Under the pieces are notes generated by a model. The model was given only the letters and a program-made list of their open reading frames with translations, was not told the DNA's origin and ran no database searches. A stretch of DNA of 32,000 nucleotides from the NCBI RefSeq assembly GCF_000195755.1, contig NC_002937.3:30001-62000 (forward strand), given 5' to 3'. Below, one piece after another: positions 16,453 through 25,006 of the stretch (the first letter of the stretch is position 1; each line of letters opens with the position of its first letter). The stretch comes from Nitratidesulfovibrio vulgaris str. Hildenborough. Its GTDB lineage: Bacteria > Desulfobacterota > Desulfovibrionia > Desulfovibrionales > Desulfovibrionaceae. The translations under genes and the position numbers were made by a program.

Positions 16453-17064
16453 ATGACGGATGCGGAATTGCTGGAGCGTTCACGGGCGCGCCGGGAAGAG
16501 GCCCTCTCCATCATGGGGGCACTGGGGCTCTTGGAACGCTGGTCGGCCCATGGGCGGCCCGTGCTGGTGGGGGCGGTCGCGCACGACCTCGTGTGGGGGC
16601 CCGACATCGACCTCGAAGTCTACTGCCCCGCGCTGCGCGTCGAGGATGGATTCGCTGTGCTTGCCGCCTGTAGTGCGGTTGCTGTGGACGGGCGATACAG
16701 GGTCGTGGGGGCGGAGTACGGCAACTTCCTGCAGGAGGCGGATGCCGCCTTGTACTGGCGCCTGCGCATCCTCACGCACGGCGGCACGGAGTGGAAGGTC
16801 GACATGTGGTCGGCTGACGAGGGGTATTCCCTTCCCCGGGGTGAGCATCTCGTGACCCCGCTACGGAATGCCATGACACATGAGATGCGCCTCGCCATCC
16901 TGCGCCTCAAGGCCCTGCGTGAGCAGGGAATGGCCCCCGACTGTCTTTCCATCGACCTGTACCGTGCCGTCATCACCGACGGCGTCCGCACAGCGGATGA
17001 ACTCCGGGCGTGGATGGATGGGCGGGCCCTTGGCGTGCTCACGGACTGGTGCCCTGCCATGTAG
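16453..17064 (+). CDS. Nucleotidyltransferase-fold protein (family not recognised)
   Basis: The ORF is open from ATG 16438. The ATGs at 16450 and 16453 sit 4 and 7 nt after GGAGGA (16440-16445). LVGAVAHDLVWGPDIDLEV fits the minimal NTase motif G[SA]-x(9-13)-D-x-D. About 203 aa. Confidence 0.6.
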   Translation: MTDAELLERSRARREEALSIMGALGLLERWSAHGRPVLVGAVAHDLVWGPDIDLEVYCPALRVEDGFAVLAACSAVAVDGRYRVVGAEYGNFLQEADAALYWRLRILTHGGTEWKVDMWSADEGYSLPRGEHLVTPLRNAMTHEMRLAILRLKALREQGMAPDCLSIDLYRAVITDGVRTADELRAWMDGRALGVLTDWCPAM

Positions 17065-17256
17065 GCCGGGGCCGCGTGGCGCCTTGTCCGCGGTCTGTCC
17101 GGTGTGGCTTGCGAACCTGCGCTTTCGCGAGTCCCAGTCAGGGCGGCCGGACTTCAGGTGTCCTTCATCAGGCGAGGGCTTCCGCCGGGAAGCCCCTCGT
17201 GCCATCGATTCTCGCGCCGCCGTGCACCGGCGGACGACAACGGCCCTGTAGGCAGG

Positions 17257-19020
17257 CTATTCCTGCGTCACGGTGATGGAGTCGCCGGGCCGCAACACCG
17301 TATCCATTTCGAGCCTGTTCTGGCGCATCAGTTCTTTGGGGTGGACATTGAACTTGCGGGCGATGGCCCACATGGTGTCACCCTGCTGCACCTTGTAGGT
17401 GACGGTCTTCGTCTTGACGGCGGCGGAGGGCCCTGCGCTGCGCGAGGGGGCCTTGGCGGCTGATACGGGCATGGCGGTCACGCTGGCGACCAGCTGGCGG
17501 GGTTCCGGGGTGGATGTGGCGCGTGCCACAGGGGCCTGCGGCTTCTCCGGCTTGCTTGTCGCGACAGGCTGCGGCGCAGGCGCTTCGGACCCGCCGGGGA
17601 TGTAGAGCTTCTGCCCCACGCGCAGGGTGTGCGCCTCTGCCATGCCATTGGCCTGCATCAGGGTGTTCAGTTCGACGCCCTGTGTGCGTGCGATGCTGTA
17701 GAGGGTGTCGCCCTGTTTCACGATGTAGCTGCCGCGGCGTTCGGCAAGGGCGCGCTTGATCGCGGGCCCGGTGTCGGGTTCGTGATGCGTACCGCCGGGG
17801 ATGAGCAGTGTGCTGCCGACCTTGAGGTTGTTGCTGCGCACCTTGTTGACCTGCTTCAGCACCGATACGGGAACCCCGGCGCGCTTGCCGACGCGCTCCA
17901 GCGTGTCGCCCTTGCGCACGGTGTAGGGCTGCCAGCCTGCATAGTTGCGGGTCTGCGGTTTGGCGAGGTAGGCGAGGGCCGCTTCGCGGCGTGCCTCCGG
18001 AAGATAGATGACGGAGTGGGCGTCAGGCGGGCTGACATAGCGCCGGAAAGCCGGGTTCAGGTCGGAGAAGGACGCCCAGCTCATGCCGGAAGCCTGCGCA
18101 AGGGCCATGAGGTCCGTACCGGGGCGGACACGCACCTCGACGGGCCGGATGGCGCACGAGGTGTCGAGCGGGGCGAAACCGAGCGACTGGAGGTTGCGCA
18201 TGATCTTGGTGATGGCGATGAACCGGGGCACGTACTGCTTGGTCTCGTCCTTGAGGCGGGCCTTCTCGTCGAGGCTCTCGTTCCGGCGCACCAGTTCGAA
18301 GAAGCCCTTGGCCCCCGTCCCGGCAAGCGCGCGACCTATCTTGCCCTCACCGGCATTGTAGGCGGCGAGGGCGAGGTGCCAGTCGTTGAAGTCGCCATAG
18401 AGCTTGGCAAGGTACGACGCGGCGGAATGGGTGGCCTTGTAGGGGTCGCGGCGTTCGTCTATCCACCAGTCGTAGTCGAGGCCGTAGAGTTTGCCGGTGT
18501 AGGGCATGAACTGCCAGATGCCCACGGCACCGGACGACGAGACGGCATTGGGGTTGTACCCGCTCTCGACGATGGCGAGATAGGCCAGTTCTTCGGGCAG
18601 GCCGCGTTTGCGAAGCACTTCGCGGACGTAGGGCAGATAGTTCTGCGAACGGCGGGCCAGACGCTCCATGGTGCCGCGCGCCCTGTGGGTGTAGTATTTG
18701 AAATGCAGGACGACGGCGCGGTAGTCTTCAGGGGAGAGGTTGCGGTCGACCTCGCCGGTGGATGCCAGCGCGGCCTGTTCTGCGGGCGAGAGGGGCAGGC
18801 CGTCATCCACGGGGGGGATGGCGAGTTCGACCACCTCGTCACTGCTGCCGGAGGATTTCTCCGGCGCGGGGCAGGCCGTCTCCTTGTCGGCGGGAAGCGA
18901 AGAAAGGGGCTTGCGCGTAGCACAGCCCGATACGGAGATGGAGAGGGCGACAAGGGCCAGCATCATCAGAAGAAGCCTGCGGGCCGGGGATATTCTGTAG
19001 CGGCGGCGGGTTCGCTGCAT
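17257..19020 (-). CDS. mltD: Lipoprotein lytic murein transglycosylase with three LysM domains (MltD-like)
   Basis: ATG at 19018-19020. Signal peptide plus lipobox is LSISVSGC. The SLT catalytic region is AIVESGYNPNAVSSSGAVGIWQFMPYTG. Three C-terminal LysM repeats follow (YTVRKGDTL..., YIVKQGDTL..., YKVQQGDTM...). 587 aa. Confidence 0.9.
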   Translation of the reverse strand: MQRTRRRYRISPARRLLLMMLALVALSISVSGCATRKPLSSLPADKETACPAPEKSSGSSDEVVELAIPPVDDGLPLSPAEQAALASTGEVDRNLSPEDYRAVVLHFKYYTHRARGTMERLARRSQNYLPYVREVLRKRGLPEELAYLAIVESGYNPNAVSSSGAVGIWQFMPYTGKLYGLDYDWWIDERRDPYKATHSAASYLAKLYGDFNDWHLALAAYNAGEGKIGRALAGTGAKGFFELVRRNESLDEKARLKDETKQYVPRFIAITKIMRNLQSLGFAPLDTSCAIRPVEVRVRPGTDLMALAQASGMSWASFSDLNPAFRRYVSPPDAHSVIYLPEARREAALAYLAKPQTRNYAGWQPYTVRKGDTLERVGKRAGVPVSVLKQVNKVRSNNLKVGSTLLIPGGTHHEPDTGPAIKRALAERRGSYIVKQGDTLYSIARTQGVELNTLMQANGMAEAHTLRVGQKLYIPGGSEAPAPQPVATSKPEKPQAPVARATSTPEPRQLVASVTAMPVSAAKAPSRSAGPSAAVKTKTVTYKVQQGDTMWAIARKFNVHPKELMRQNRLEMDTVLRPGDSITVTQE

Positions 19021-19118
19021 GTCGGTTCCGTGGTGAGGGGGTCGGGAGTCCGCTTGCGTAAGAAGCGGAACGAGGATACCTGCTGTAATGTAGGCGCTCA
19101 AGCCTATCCCAAGCCTTT

Positions 19119-19147
19119 ATGCAAGGCAACAATCCATAGCTTATAAT
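19119..19147 (+). promoter_or_regulatory. Candidate promoter with a perfect -10 upstream of the rlmB-like gene
   Basis: TATAAT at 19142-19147 in an AT-rich patch, with a weak -35 (ATGCAA, 19119-19124). It is only 15 nt before the ATG at 19163, and no SD is visible. Confidence 0.45.
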
Positions 19148-19162
19148 TTCGGACAAGCAGCC

Positions 19163-20314
19163 ATGAAACAGCGGCCTTATGGACAACGGCGAGACGGGGG
19201 CGACCGTCGCACCGGCGACGGCGATGGCGGAGACAGCGGGCGCGGACGGCGCAAGTCAGGTGCGACCGGGACGGGTGAGGGGCGTGGCGAAGCCCGTGGC
19301 GGACAGCGCCGGGGTGCTGGTGGCCCGCAAGGTGAACGTCGCGCACCGCGTGACGACCGGCCACGCCGCGATGCGGAACGCCCTGCCGGGACCGGAGGCC
19401 GCACGTCGCGAGGGCCCTATGCCTATGCCATGCTCCCTGACGGTGATGCCCCCCGGTTCGACGAACGCCCTGCTGCGGACGTGGAGGCCATGCCGCAGGG
19501 CAGGCCGCCGGTCGACGAACGGCATGACGACACCGCTGCCGACACCGCGCAGGGTGCGCCTGTCGTGGCGACCGACCAGCCCGTGCTGCCGGGGCTGAAG
19601 CCCGTCCTCGAACTGCTGGCATCCGACCCGGCGCGCATCGATACGGTGTTCATACGTCGTGGGCGCCGTACACCGGACACCGACCGCCTCATGGACCTGT
19701 GCCGGGAGATGCGCGTGCGCTTCTCGCTGGTGGAAGGGCAGGTGCTGGACAAGCTTTACGCTGGCGGACATCAGGGTGTGGTGGCTCGTCTCTTCGAGGC
19801 GGGCTACGTCGAACTCGACGACCTGCTGCAAGATGCCCCCGACGCACCGCTGCCGCTCATCATCGCCCTTGACCAGGTGCAGGACCCCGGCAACGCGGGT
19901 ACGCTGGCGCGTTCCCTCTATGCCCTCGGCGGTGCGGGACTCATCGTGCCGCGTCACAATGCCGCCTATCTCGGGGCCGGTGCGCACCGGGCCGCAGCGG
20001 GGGCGCTGGAGAAGCTGCCCGTGGCCCGTGTGGCCAACCTCGCGCGCGCCCTCGACGAGGCCGCCGAAGCGGGGTACGCCATCTACGGTGCCATGTGCGG
20101 CGAAGGCAGTGTCAACGCCTTCACCGCCACGTTGCGGACACCCTGCGTGCTCGTTCTCGGCAACGAGGACAAGGGCATACGCCCCAATGTGGCCAAGCGG
20201 TGCGATACCCTGCTGCACATCCCCATGCTGCGCGATTTCGATTCGTTCAACGTGGCGCAGGCCGGGGCGCTGTTGCTGGGCTGCTTTGCCGCGCCCCTGC
20301 TGCGTGACCGGTAG
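19163..20314 (+). CDS. rlmB: SpoU/TrmH-family RNA 2'-O-methyltransferase (RlmB-like) with an Arg/Gly/Asp-rich N-terminal extension
   Basis: 383 aa. The C-terminal 240 aa carry SpoU motifs QDPGNAGTLARS, LVLGNEDKGI and IPMLRDFDSFNVAQAGALLL. The first ~140 aa are low-complexity R/G/D-rich. Confidence 0.85.
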   Translation: MKQRPYGQRRDGGDRRTGDGDGGDSGRGRRKSGATGTGEGRGEARGGQRRGAGGPQGERRAPRDDRPRRDAERPAGTGGRTSRGPYAYAMLPDGDAPRFDERPAADVEAMPQGRPPVDERHDDTAADTAQGAPVVATDQPVLPGLKPVLELLASDPARIDTVFIRRGRRTPDTDRLMDLCREMRVRFSLVEGQVLDKLYAGGHQGVVARLFEAGYVELDDLLQDAPDAPLPLIIALDQVQDPGNAGTLARSLYALGGAGLIVPRHNAAYLGAGAHRAAAGALEKLPVARVANLARALDEAAEAGYAIYGAMCGEGSVNAFTATLRTPCVLVLGNEDKGIRPNVAKRCDTLLHIPMLRDFDSFNVAQAGALLLGCFAAPLLRDR

Positions 20315-20375
20315 CCCGGAGTGCAGACAGGCGGATAGGCCGACGGCCGTACCACCGGCAGCATGACAGATGTAG

Positions 20376-20417
20376 ATGCCCCCGCTGCGTCGACGACGTA
20401 GCGGGGGCATTCATTTT
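20376..20417 (+). terminator. Intrinsic terminator after the rlmB-like gene
   Basis: ATGCCCCCGCT-13 nt-AGCGGGGGCAT followed by TCATTTT. Confidence 0.75.
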
Positions 20418-20553
20418 GAGGCAGGAGGTTCCATGCGGGGCGAGGGCGTCATCCGTTGCAACCGCAAGGTGCGGTCTTGCGGAGACGGGGCGGGTCACCG
20501 TACCGTCGCACCCTGATGGAGTGCGCCGTCACGGCATTGTCGTGCTGGCATGG

Positions 20554-20823
20554 TCACCTGATATAATTGGGGATGTTGAGGAATACCTCACGTGTGAAGG
20601 TGACCATCTTGTCCATTATCCAAGGAAAGCTGACCAGCACCGCAATGAAGATGGAGACCACCTTGGGGATGAACGAGAGCGTCATCTCCTGAATCTGGGT
20701 CGCGGCCTGAATGACGCTGACAACGACGCCCACCGCCAGCCCCACGCCAAGAATGGGCATGGAGATGAGCAGCGCCAGTTCGATGGACTGTCTCGCGAAG
20801 CCGATGACGAATTCCGGTGTCAT
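20554..20823 (-). CDS. fliQ: Flagellar export apparatus protein FliQ
   Basis: 89 aa. ATG is 7 nt after GGGAGGA. Two TM helices. The sequence MTPEFVIGFARQSIELALLISMPILG...VIQAATQIQEMTLSFIPK is typical of FliQ. Confidence 0.95.
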   Translation of the reverse strand: MTPEFVIGFARQSIELALLISMPILGVGLAVGVVVSVIQAATQIQEMTLSFIPKVVSIFIAVLVSFPWIMDKMVTFTREVFLNIPNYIR

Positions 20824-20839
20824 GTTTCCGTCCTCCCGG

Positions 20840-21658
20840 TCAGACCATGAAGCTGTTGACGAGCGACCCCACCAGCAGCCCCCATCCGTCGACCATGACG
20901 AACAGCAGCAGCTTGAACGGCATGGAGACCATCATGGGGGGCAGCATCATCATGCCCATGGCAAGTAGGATGCTGGAGATGACCATGTCGAGGATGAGGA
21001 ACGGGATGTAGATGAGAAAGCCGATGGTGAAGCCCGTCTTGAGTTCGCTGATGACGTAGCCCGCCGCCAGCATGATGGTGGGCACGTCGTCCTTGCTTCG
21101 GGGCTGTTCCATCTTGGTGACGGCGTAGAAGACCGAGAGGTCCTTCTCGCGCGTATGCTTGAACATGAAGGTGCGCATGGGGGCTTCGGCCTTCTTCAGG
21201 GCCTCGTTGAAGCCTATCTCCTCGCGCAGGTAGGGTTGCAGGGCGTTGTCGTTGATCTCTTTGCCCACGGGGGTCATGATGACCACCGTCATGAAAATGG
21301 CAAGGCTGGCGAGCACCTGACTGGGCGGCAGGGCCTGTACGCCCAACGCCTGACGCACGAAATGGAAGACGATGATGATGCGGGTGAAGCTGGTCACCGT
21401 CAGCATGATGGCGGGGGCCAGCGAAAGCACCGTGAGCATGAAGAGGATTTCGAGCGTGAGCGAAACCTTCTCCGGTTCGGTGCGCCCTGCCGCCAGCGTC
21501 AGCTGCATGGTGGGCATGACCACATCCTGCGCGGCCATGGCCGCCACGGCGGTGAGCGCCAGCAGGGCGGCGATGCTAGGGGGCAGGAGGGCGAGTGTGC
21601 TGCGCCTTCTCCAGAAGGGAGTCGAAGTCTTCGTCGGTGCTGCGCTCATGGTCGGCAT
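20840..21658 (-). CDS. fliP: Flagellar export apparatus protein FliP
   Basis: The conserved FliP core is present (SFTRIIIVFHFVRQALG..., GFLIYIPFLILDMVISSILLAMGMMMLPP). An N-terminal signal-like segment is RRRSTLALLPPSIAALLALTAVAA. Start is ATG 21658 or ATG 21649. The ORF-track start at 21907 lies inside fliO and is not credible. Confidence 0.9.
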   Translation of the reverse strand: MPTMSAAPTKTSTPFWRRRSTLALLPPSIAALLALTAVAAMAAQDVVMPTMQLTLAAGRTEPEKVSLTLEILFMLTVLSLAPAIMLTVTSFTRIIIVFHFVRQALGVQALPPSQVLASLAIFMTVVIMTPVGKEINDNALQPYLREEIGFNEALKKAEAPMRTFMFKHTREKDLSVFYAVTKMEQPRSKDDVPTIMLAAGYVISELKTGFTIGFLIYIPFLILDMVISSILLAMGMMMLPPMMVSMPFKLLLFVMVDGWGLLVGSLVNSFMV

Positions 21659-22085
21659 CCATCTCCGTGAGTAGCGAAATGCGCTGGTCGGTGACGCCCA
21701 GCAGCAATCGTCTATCCAAGAAGCGTACCACCACGAGTCCCTTTCGCTGACCGAGGGGGACCTGTGCCTCCACACGCAGGGCGTCACGGGGGAACGCGCC
21801 CGGTTGCGGCAGGAAGCGGAACGGCCCGTAACGGCGCAGCAGCCATACCGCGCCCCACAGGGCAGCGAGAAGAAGCAGAAGGATGCCGATGGCCTGCAGG
21901 TAGCCACTCCACGAGAAGGCGTGCTGTGCCCCCTCTACGCCGATGGTGGCGTTGGCGGCGGCAACGGTGCGACCGAAGCCTTCCGCCATGGTCGTGGCAT
22001 CGGTCGTTGCGTTGGACATCGCCTCGACCGACCCGCGGTAGAGGCTCTCGGCCGCCTGCGTGGCGTTGTCAGCAAGGGGTGCCAT
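21576..22085 (-). CDS. fliO: Flagellar biosynthesis protein FliO
   Basis: It has a single TM helix YLQAIGILLLLLAALWGAVWLLRRYG followed by a conserved LGQRKGLVVVRF...LLLGV segment. It sits between fliN and fliP. Start is ATG 22085 (4 nt after the fliN stop) or TTG 22097. Confidence 0.8.
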   Translation of the reverse strand: MAPLADNATQAAESLYRGSVEAMSNATTDATTMAEGFGRTVAAANATIGVEGAQHAFSWSGYLQAIGILLLLLAALWGAVWLLRRYGPFRFLPQPGAFPRDALRVEAQVPLGQRKGLVVVRFLDRRLLLGVTDQRISLLTEMDADHERSTDEDFDSLLEKAQHTRPPAP

Positions 22086-22089
22086 GTCG

Positions 22090-22602
22090 TTAGCCAAGTT
22101 GCTTCACCCGTTCGATGGGGCTGATGATGTCGGTGAGGCGCACGCCGAACTTCTCGTTGATGACCACGGCTTCGCCGCGTGCCACCAGTTTGCCGTTGAC
22201 GAAGACCTCGAGCGGCTCGCCAGCGAGCTTGTTCAGCTCCACCACGGACCCCTGACCGAGTTGCAGCAGTTCGTTGATGAGCAGACGGGTGCGCCCCAGT
22301 TCGGCGGAGACGTCGAGCGGGATGTCGAGGATGAAGTCGAGCTCGCGCTTGCCGCTATCGGGGCGGGGTGCGCGCGACTCTTCCGTCAGATCCTTGAACT
22401 TGGCCTCCTGCGCCTGCGAGAGGAACGCCTGTTCCTTCTCCTTGCGCAACTGCCCCTGCTCCTCGGTCGCCAGAGCCCTTGCCCATTCTTCTGCCAGCTT
22501 GTCGTCGGGGCTCTTGCCGCCGGTGTCCTCTACACCCTCGCCTTCAAGGGCCGCCGCCCACTGCTGGGCGAGAAGGTCTTGATCTATGTCGTCGTTGCCC
22601 AT
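22090..22602 (-). CDS. fliN: Flagellar motor switch protein FliN
   Basis: 170 aa. ATG is 8 nt after GAGG. It has an acidic N-terminal half and a C-terminal SpoA domain (LDIPLDVSAELGRTRLLINELLQLGQGSVVELNKLAGEPLEVFVNGKLVARGEAVV). Confidence 0.95.
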   Translation of the reverse strand: MGNDDIDQDLLAQQWAAALEGEGVEDTGGKSPDDKLAEEWARALATEEQGQLRKEKEQAFLSQAQEAKFKDLTEESRAPRPDSGKRELDFILDIPLDVSAELGRTRLLINELLQLGQGSVVELNKLAGEPLEVFVNGKLVARGEAVVINEKFGVRLTDIISPIERVKQLG

Positions 22603-22627
22603 GGTGATACCTCGTGCTGGTGTCGTG

Positions 22628-23143
22628 CTACTGGATGACGAATTCGGTGAAGTAGACCCGCGTCACGCGCGGCGCGCCGAGAATCTGGTTGAGCCTGTCC
22701 GCCACCTCGTTCTTGAGCAGCAGCTTGCCTTCGGGCGCGGCGAGTTCGGTGTACGACTTGCCTGAGAGCAGCAGGATGATGGCGTCGCGCACCTTGGCCG
22801 TCTGCCCTTCTATCTCCTTCACGGCGGCGGGGGCGTTGACCTCCACGTCCATGGAAAGCTTCAGATACCGTCTGCCCGCAGGGTCGGCAAGGTTGACGAG
22901 GAAGGGCGGCAGCGTGGTGAGGCGGCCTTCGCTCTTCGCCGTGTCGGTCTTGCCCGCGCCCTTGGTGGCGTTCTTGTCCGCCTCGGTCGCGGCCTGTTCC
23001 GCCTGCGCCGGAGGTTGCCGGAGGAAGAACCACCAGTAGGCCCCCGCGCCGCCCCCCGCCAGAAGCAGGAGGACGAGCAGCAGGATGATCCATTTGACCT
23101 TGCTCGATTTCTTGGCGGGCTTCTGCTCTTCAGCCACGTGCAT
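22628..23143 (-). CDS. fliL: Flagellar basal body-associated protein FliL
   Basis: It has a single N-terminal TM helix (WIILLLVLLLLAGGGAGAYWWFF) and a FliL domain (FLVNLADPAGRRYLKLSMDVEV...). The GTG at 23137 has better SD spacing (AAGGAG + 7 nt) than the ATG at 23143. Confidence 0.9.
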   Translation of the reverse strand: MHVAEEQKPAKKSSKVKWIILLLVLLLLAGGGAGAYWWFFLRQPPAQAEQAATEADKNATKGAGKTDTAKSEGRLTTLPPFLVNLADPAGRRYLKLSMDVEVNAPAAVKEIEGQTAKVRDAIILLLSGKSYTELAAPEGKLLLKNEVADRLNQILGAPRVTRVYFTEFVIQ

Positions 23144-23163
23144 ACTCCTTGGTCTTGCCGGTG

Positions 23164-23904
23164 CTAGCCGTAGCGTCCGGGACGCTTCGCGGTCTTCACC
23201 AGAATCTCGACGCGCCGGTTGCGTTGTGCCGCCTCGGGCGAGGCGCTGGCGTCGAGGGGTCTGTCGGGGCCGTAGCCGCTGACGGAGAACCGTGCGGGGT
23301 CCATGCCTCTTTGCAGAAAATGTTCCAGCACGCTCAGGGCCCTACGGTCGGAAAGGTCCCACGGGTCGGCCCCGCCTTCGGTCGCGTCGGTGTGCGCACT
23401 GACATTCACGTCCGCGTCGAGTCCGGCAAGGACATCCGTCAGCGTGTCCAGAAGCCGGAGGGACGCCGGGGGTAGCCTGTCCTGTCCCTGCGGGAAGAGC
23501 AGGTCGTGTGTCAGGGCAATGACGACACCTTCCGGGTTCTCCAGCACCTCCACATCGCGCTCCACTGTACGTGCCTCCACACCCGGGGGCAACACCTGCG
23601 GGGGAAAGAGCAGGCTGCGGATTTCGACGGCGTTCGCGGAAAGGGCCTCGGCATCCATGAGCAGGTCGCGCAGCCGTTTGCTGACGTCGGTTCTCGGGGC
23701 CTCCGGGGTGCCCGCAAGGTCGCCCGGCTGGCGTAACGACGAGGCCATGCGCTCGAATTGCACCCTGTCCACCGAGGACATGCTGACAAGCAGCACGAAG
23801 AAGGCAAGCAGCAGCGTCACGAGGTCGGAATAGGTGAGCATCCAGCCCTGCTGGGGGATGTGCTGATGCGGCTTGCGACGCGTCTTGCGGGGGTTGGCGT
23901 TCAT
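23164..23904 (-). CDS. MotB-like stator protein paralogue (OmpA-like C-terminal domain)
   Basis: 246 aa. ATG is 7 nt after GGAGG and overlaps the upstream motB stop (ATGA). The TM/channel segment GWMLTYSDLVTLLLAFFVLLVSMS includes the conserved Asp. The OmpA-like peptidoglycan-binding domain ends NRRVEILV. Confidence 0.85.
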   Translation of the reverse strand: MNANPRKTRRKPHQHIPQQGWMLTYSDLVTLLLAFFVLLVSMSSVDRVQFERMASSLRQPGDLAGTPEAPRTDVSKRLRDLLMDAEALSANAVEIRSLLFPPQVLPPGVEARTVERDVEVLENPEGVVIALTHDLLFPQGQDRLPPASLRLLDTLTDVLAGLDADVNVSAHTDATEGGADPWDLSDRRALSVLEHFLQRGMDPARFSVSGYGPDRPLDASASPEAAQRNRRVEILVKTAKRPGRYG

Positions 23905-24995
23905 GGTACGGCCTCCGAAGCCGGAGACGGGGCCGGAATGGTCACCTCTGGCGGGGGCGCGAACCTGTTCACTCCGGCGGGGGCAGCGGTGGTGCCGGGA
24001 CGTACGGGTACCAGCGTGGGGCCGAGGGCCGGGGCGCGCACTTCGCCGTTGCCGTCTACCCCGTCGAAGGCGCGAGGAAGTTGTGGCGTTGCCGTGGATG
24101 AAGATGGTGTCGCAGCGTCGGGCGTGCCCGGAATGACGTCGGGAGTCGTGCCGGGGGCACCGGGTGGTGCTGGCGGGCTGCCAGCCGGGGCGGGGGACTC
24201 CAGCCCGAAACGGAAGCCCTTGTAGTCGTATTGCGTTTCACGGGCCGTGCCCTGCCGCTGTTGCAGCCACGCGAGGTTGCGCTTGTCGAGGACAAGGTCG
24301 ACCCGGCGGTTGGCGCGTCGGCCCGTGGCCGTGAAGGCGTCATGCCGCGGGTGCCCGTCGCCGAAGCCTTCGAGGATGAGACGCGACGACGGGACGCCAA
24401 GGTCGCGCAACGCCCGGTATACGCTGGTGGCGCGCCGTAGCGAGAGCATCCATGAGGGCGAGAGGGTGCCCTCCGCACGCAGGCGAAAGCCTGCACCCTG
24501 TTCATCGCGCGGGGGCGAGGCGTGCCCGGCCACAAGCAGGGGGTGTTCGATGGTGCGCAGGGTCGGGGCAAAGGTCGCCAGAAGCCGTTCACCCTCTTTC
24601 GAAAGGCGGGTCTCGCCGGGGCCGAAGAGGACATCGGCGTCGATGGAGAGAATCTGGACGTTGCCGTTGTCGAAGAAGTCGACACCCTTGCCCTGCGCCC
24701 CGTCCAGCGTGGCCTTGAGCGGGCCGAGGTCGCGCCGGGCATCGTGCTGTGCGTCGGGGTCCGTCAGGGGGACGAGGCGGTCGCCCGAGGCTTCGCCCGA
24801 ACCGGTCTGCATAAGTCCGATGCCGCCGAAGACAGATTCGATGACCATGCGTCGTCGCCGTTCATCGATGGTGCTCATGCTGACCAGCAGGACGAAGAAG
24901 GCCAGCAGCAGCGTCATGAGGTCGGAGTACGTCAGCAGCCAGCCGGGTTGGCCCTCTTGTGTGCGTGTTACGCGCCGTGCCGTCCGACGTGCCAT
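23901..24995 (-). CDS. motB: Flagellar stator protein MotB with a Pro-rich C-terminal extension
   Basis: 364 aa. The TM segment is GWLLTYSDLMTLLLAFFVLLVSMS. The OmpA-like domain runs LSLRRATSVYRAL...NRRVDLVL. A tail of about 110 aa rich in Pro/Ala/Thr follows. Confidence 0.9.
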   Translation of the reverse strand: MARRTARRVTRTQEGQPGWLLTYSDLMTLLLAFFVLLVSMSTIDERRRRMVIESVFGGIGLMQTGSGEASGDRLVPLTDPDAQHDARRDLGPLKATLDGAQGKGVDFFDNGNVQILSIDADVLFGPGETRLSKEGERLLATFAPTLRTIEHPLLVAGHASPPRDEQGAGFRLRAEGTLSPSWMLSLRRATSVYRALRDLGVPSSRLILEGFGDGHPRHDAFTATGRRANRRVDLVLDKRNLAWLQQRQGTARETQYDYKGFRFGLESPAPAGSPPAPPGAPGTTPDVIPGTPDAATPSSSTATPQLPRAFDGVDGNGEVRAPALGPTLVPVRPGTTAAPAGVNRFAPPPEVTIPAPSPASEAVP

Positions 24996-25006
24996 GCTGT
25001 CTCCCG

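Noticed and set aside
19088-19116. Sigma54-like TGGATTGTTGCCTTGCA on the minus strand upstream of mltD.
   Set aside because: The GG-to-GC spacing is 11 nt, not 10. A sigma70-like TTGCCT-17-TAGGCT is an equally weak alternative, so no promoter is called.
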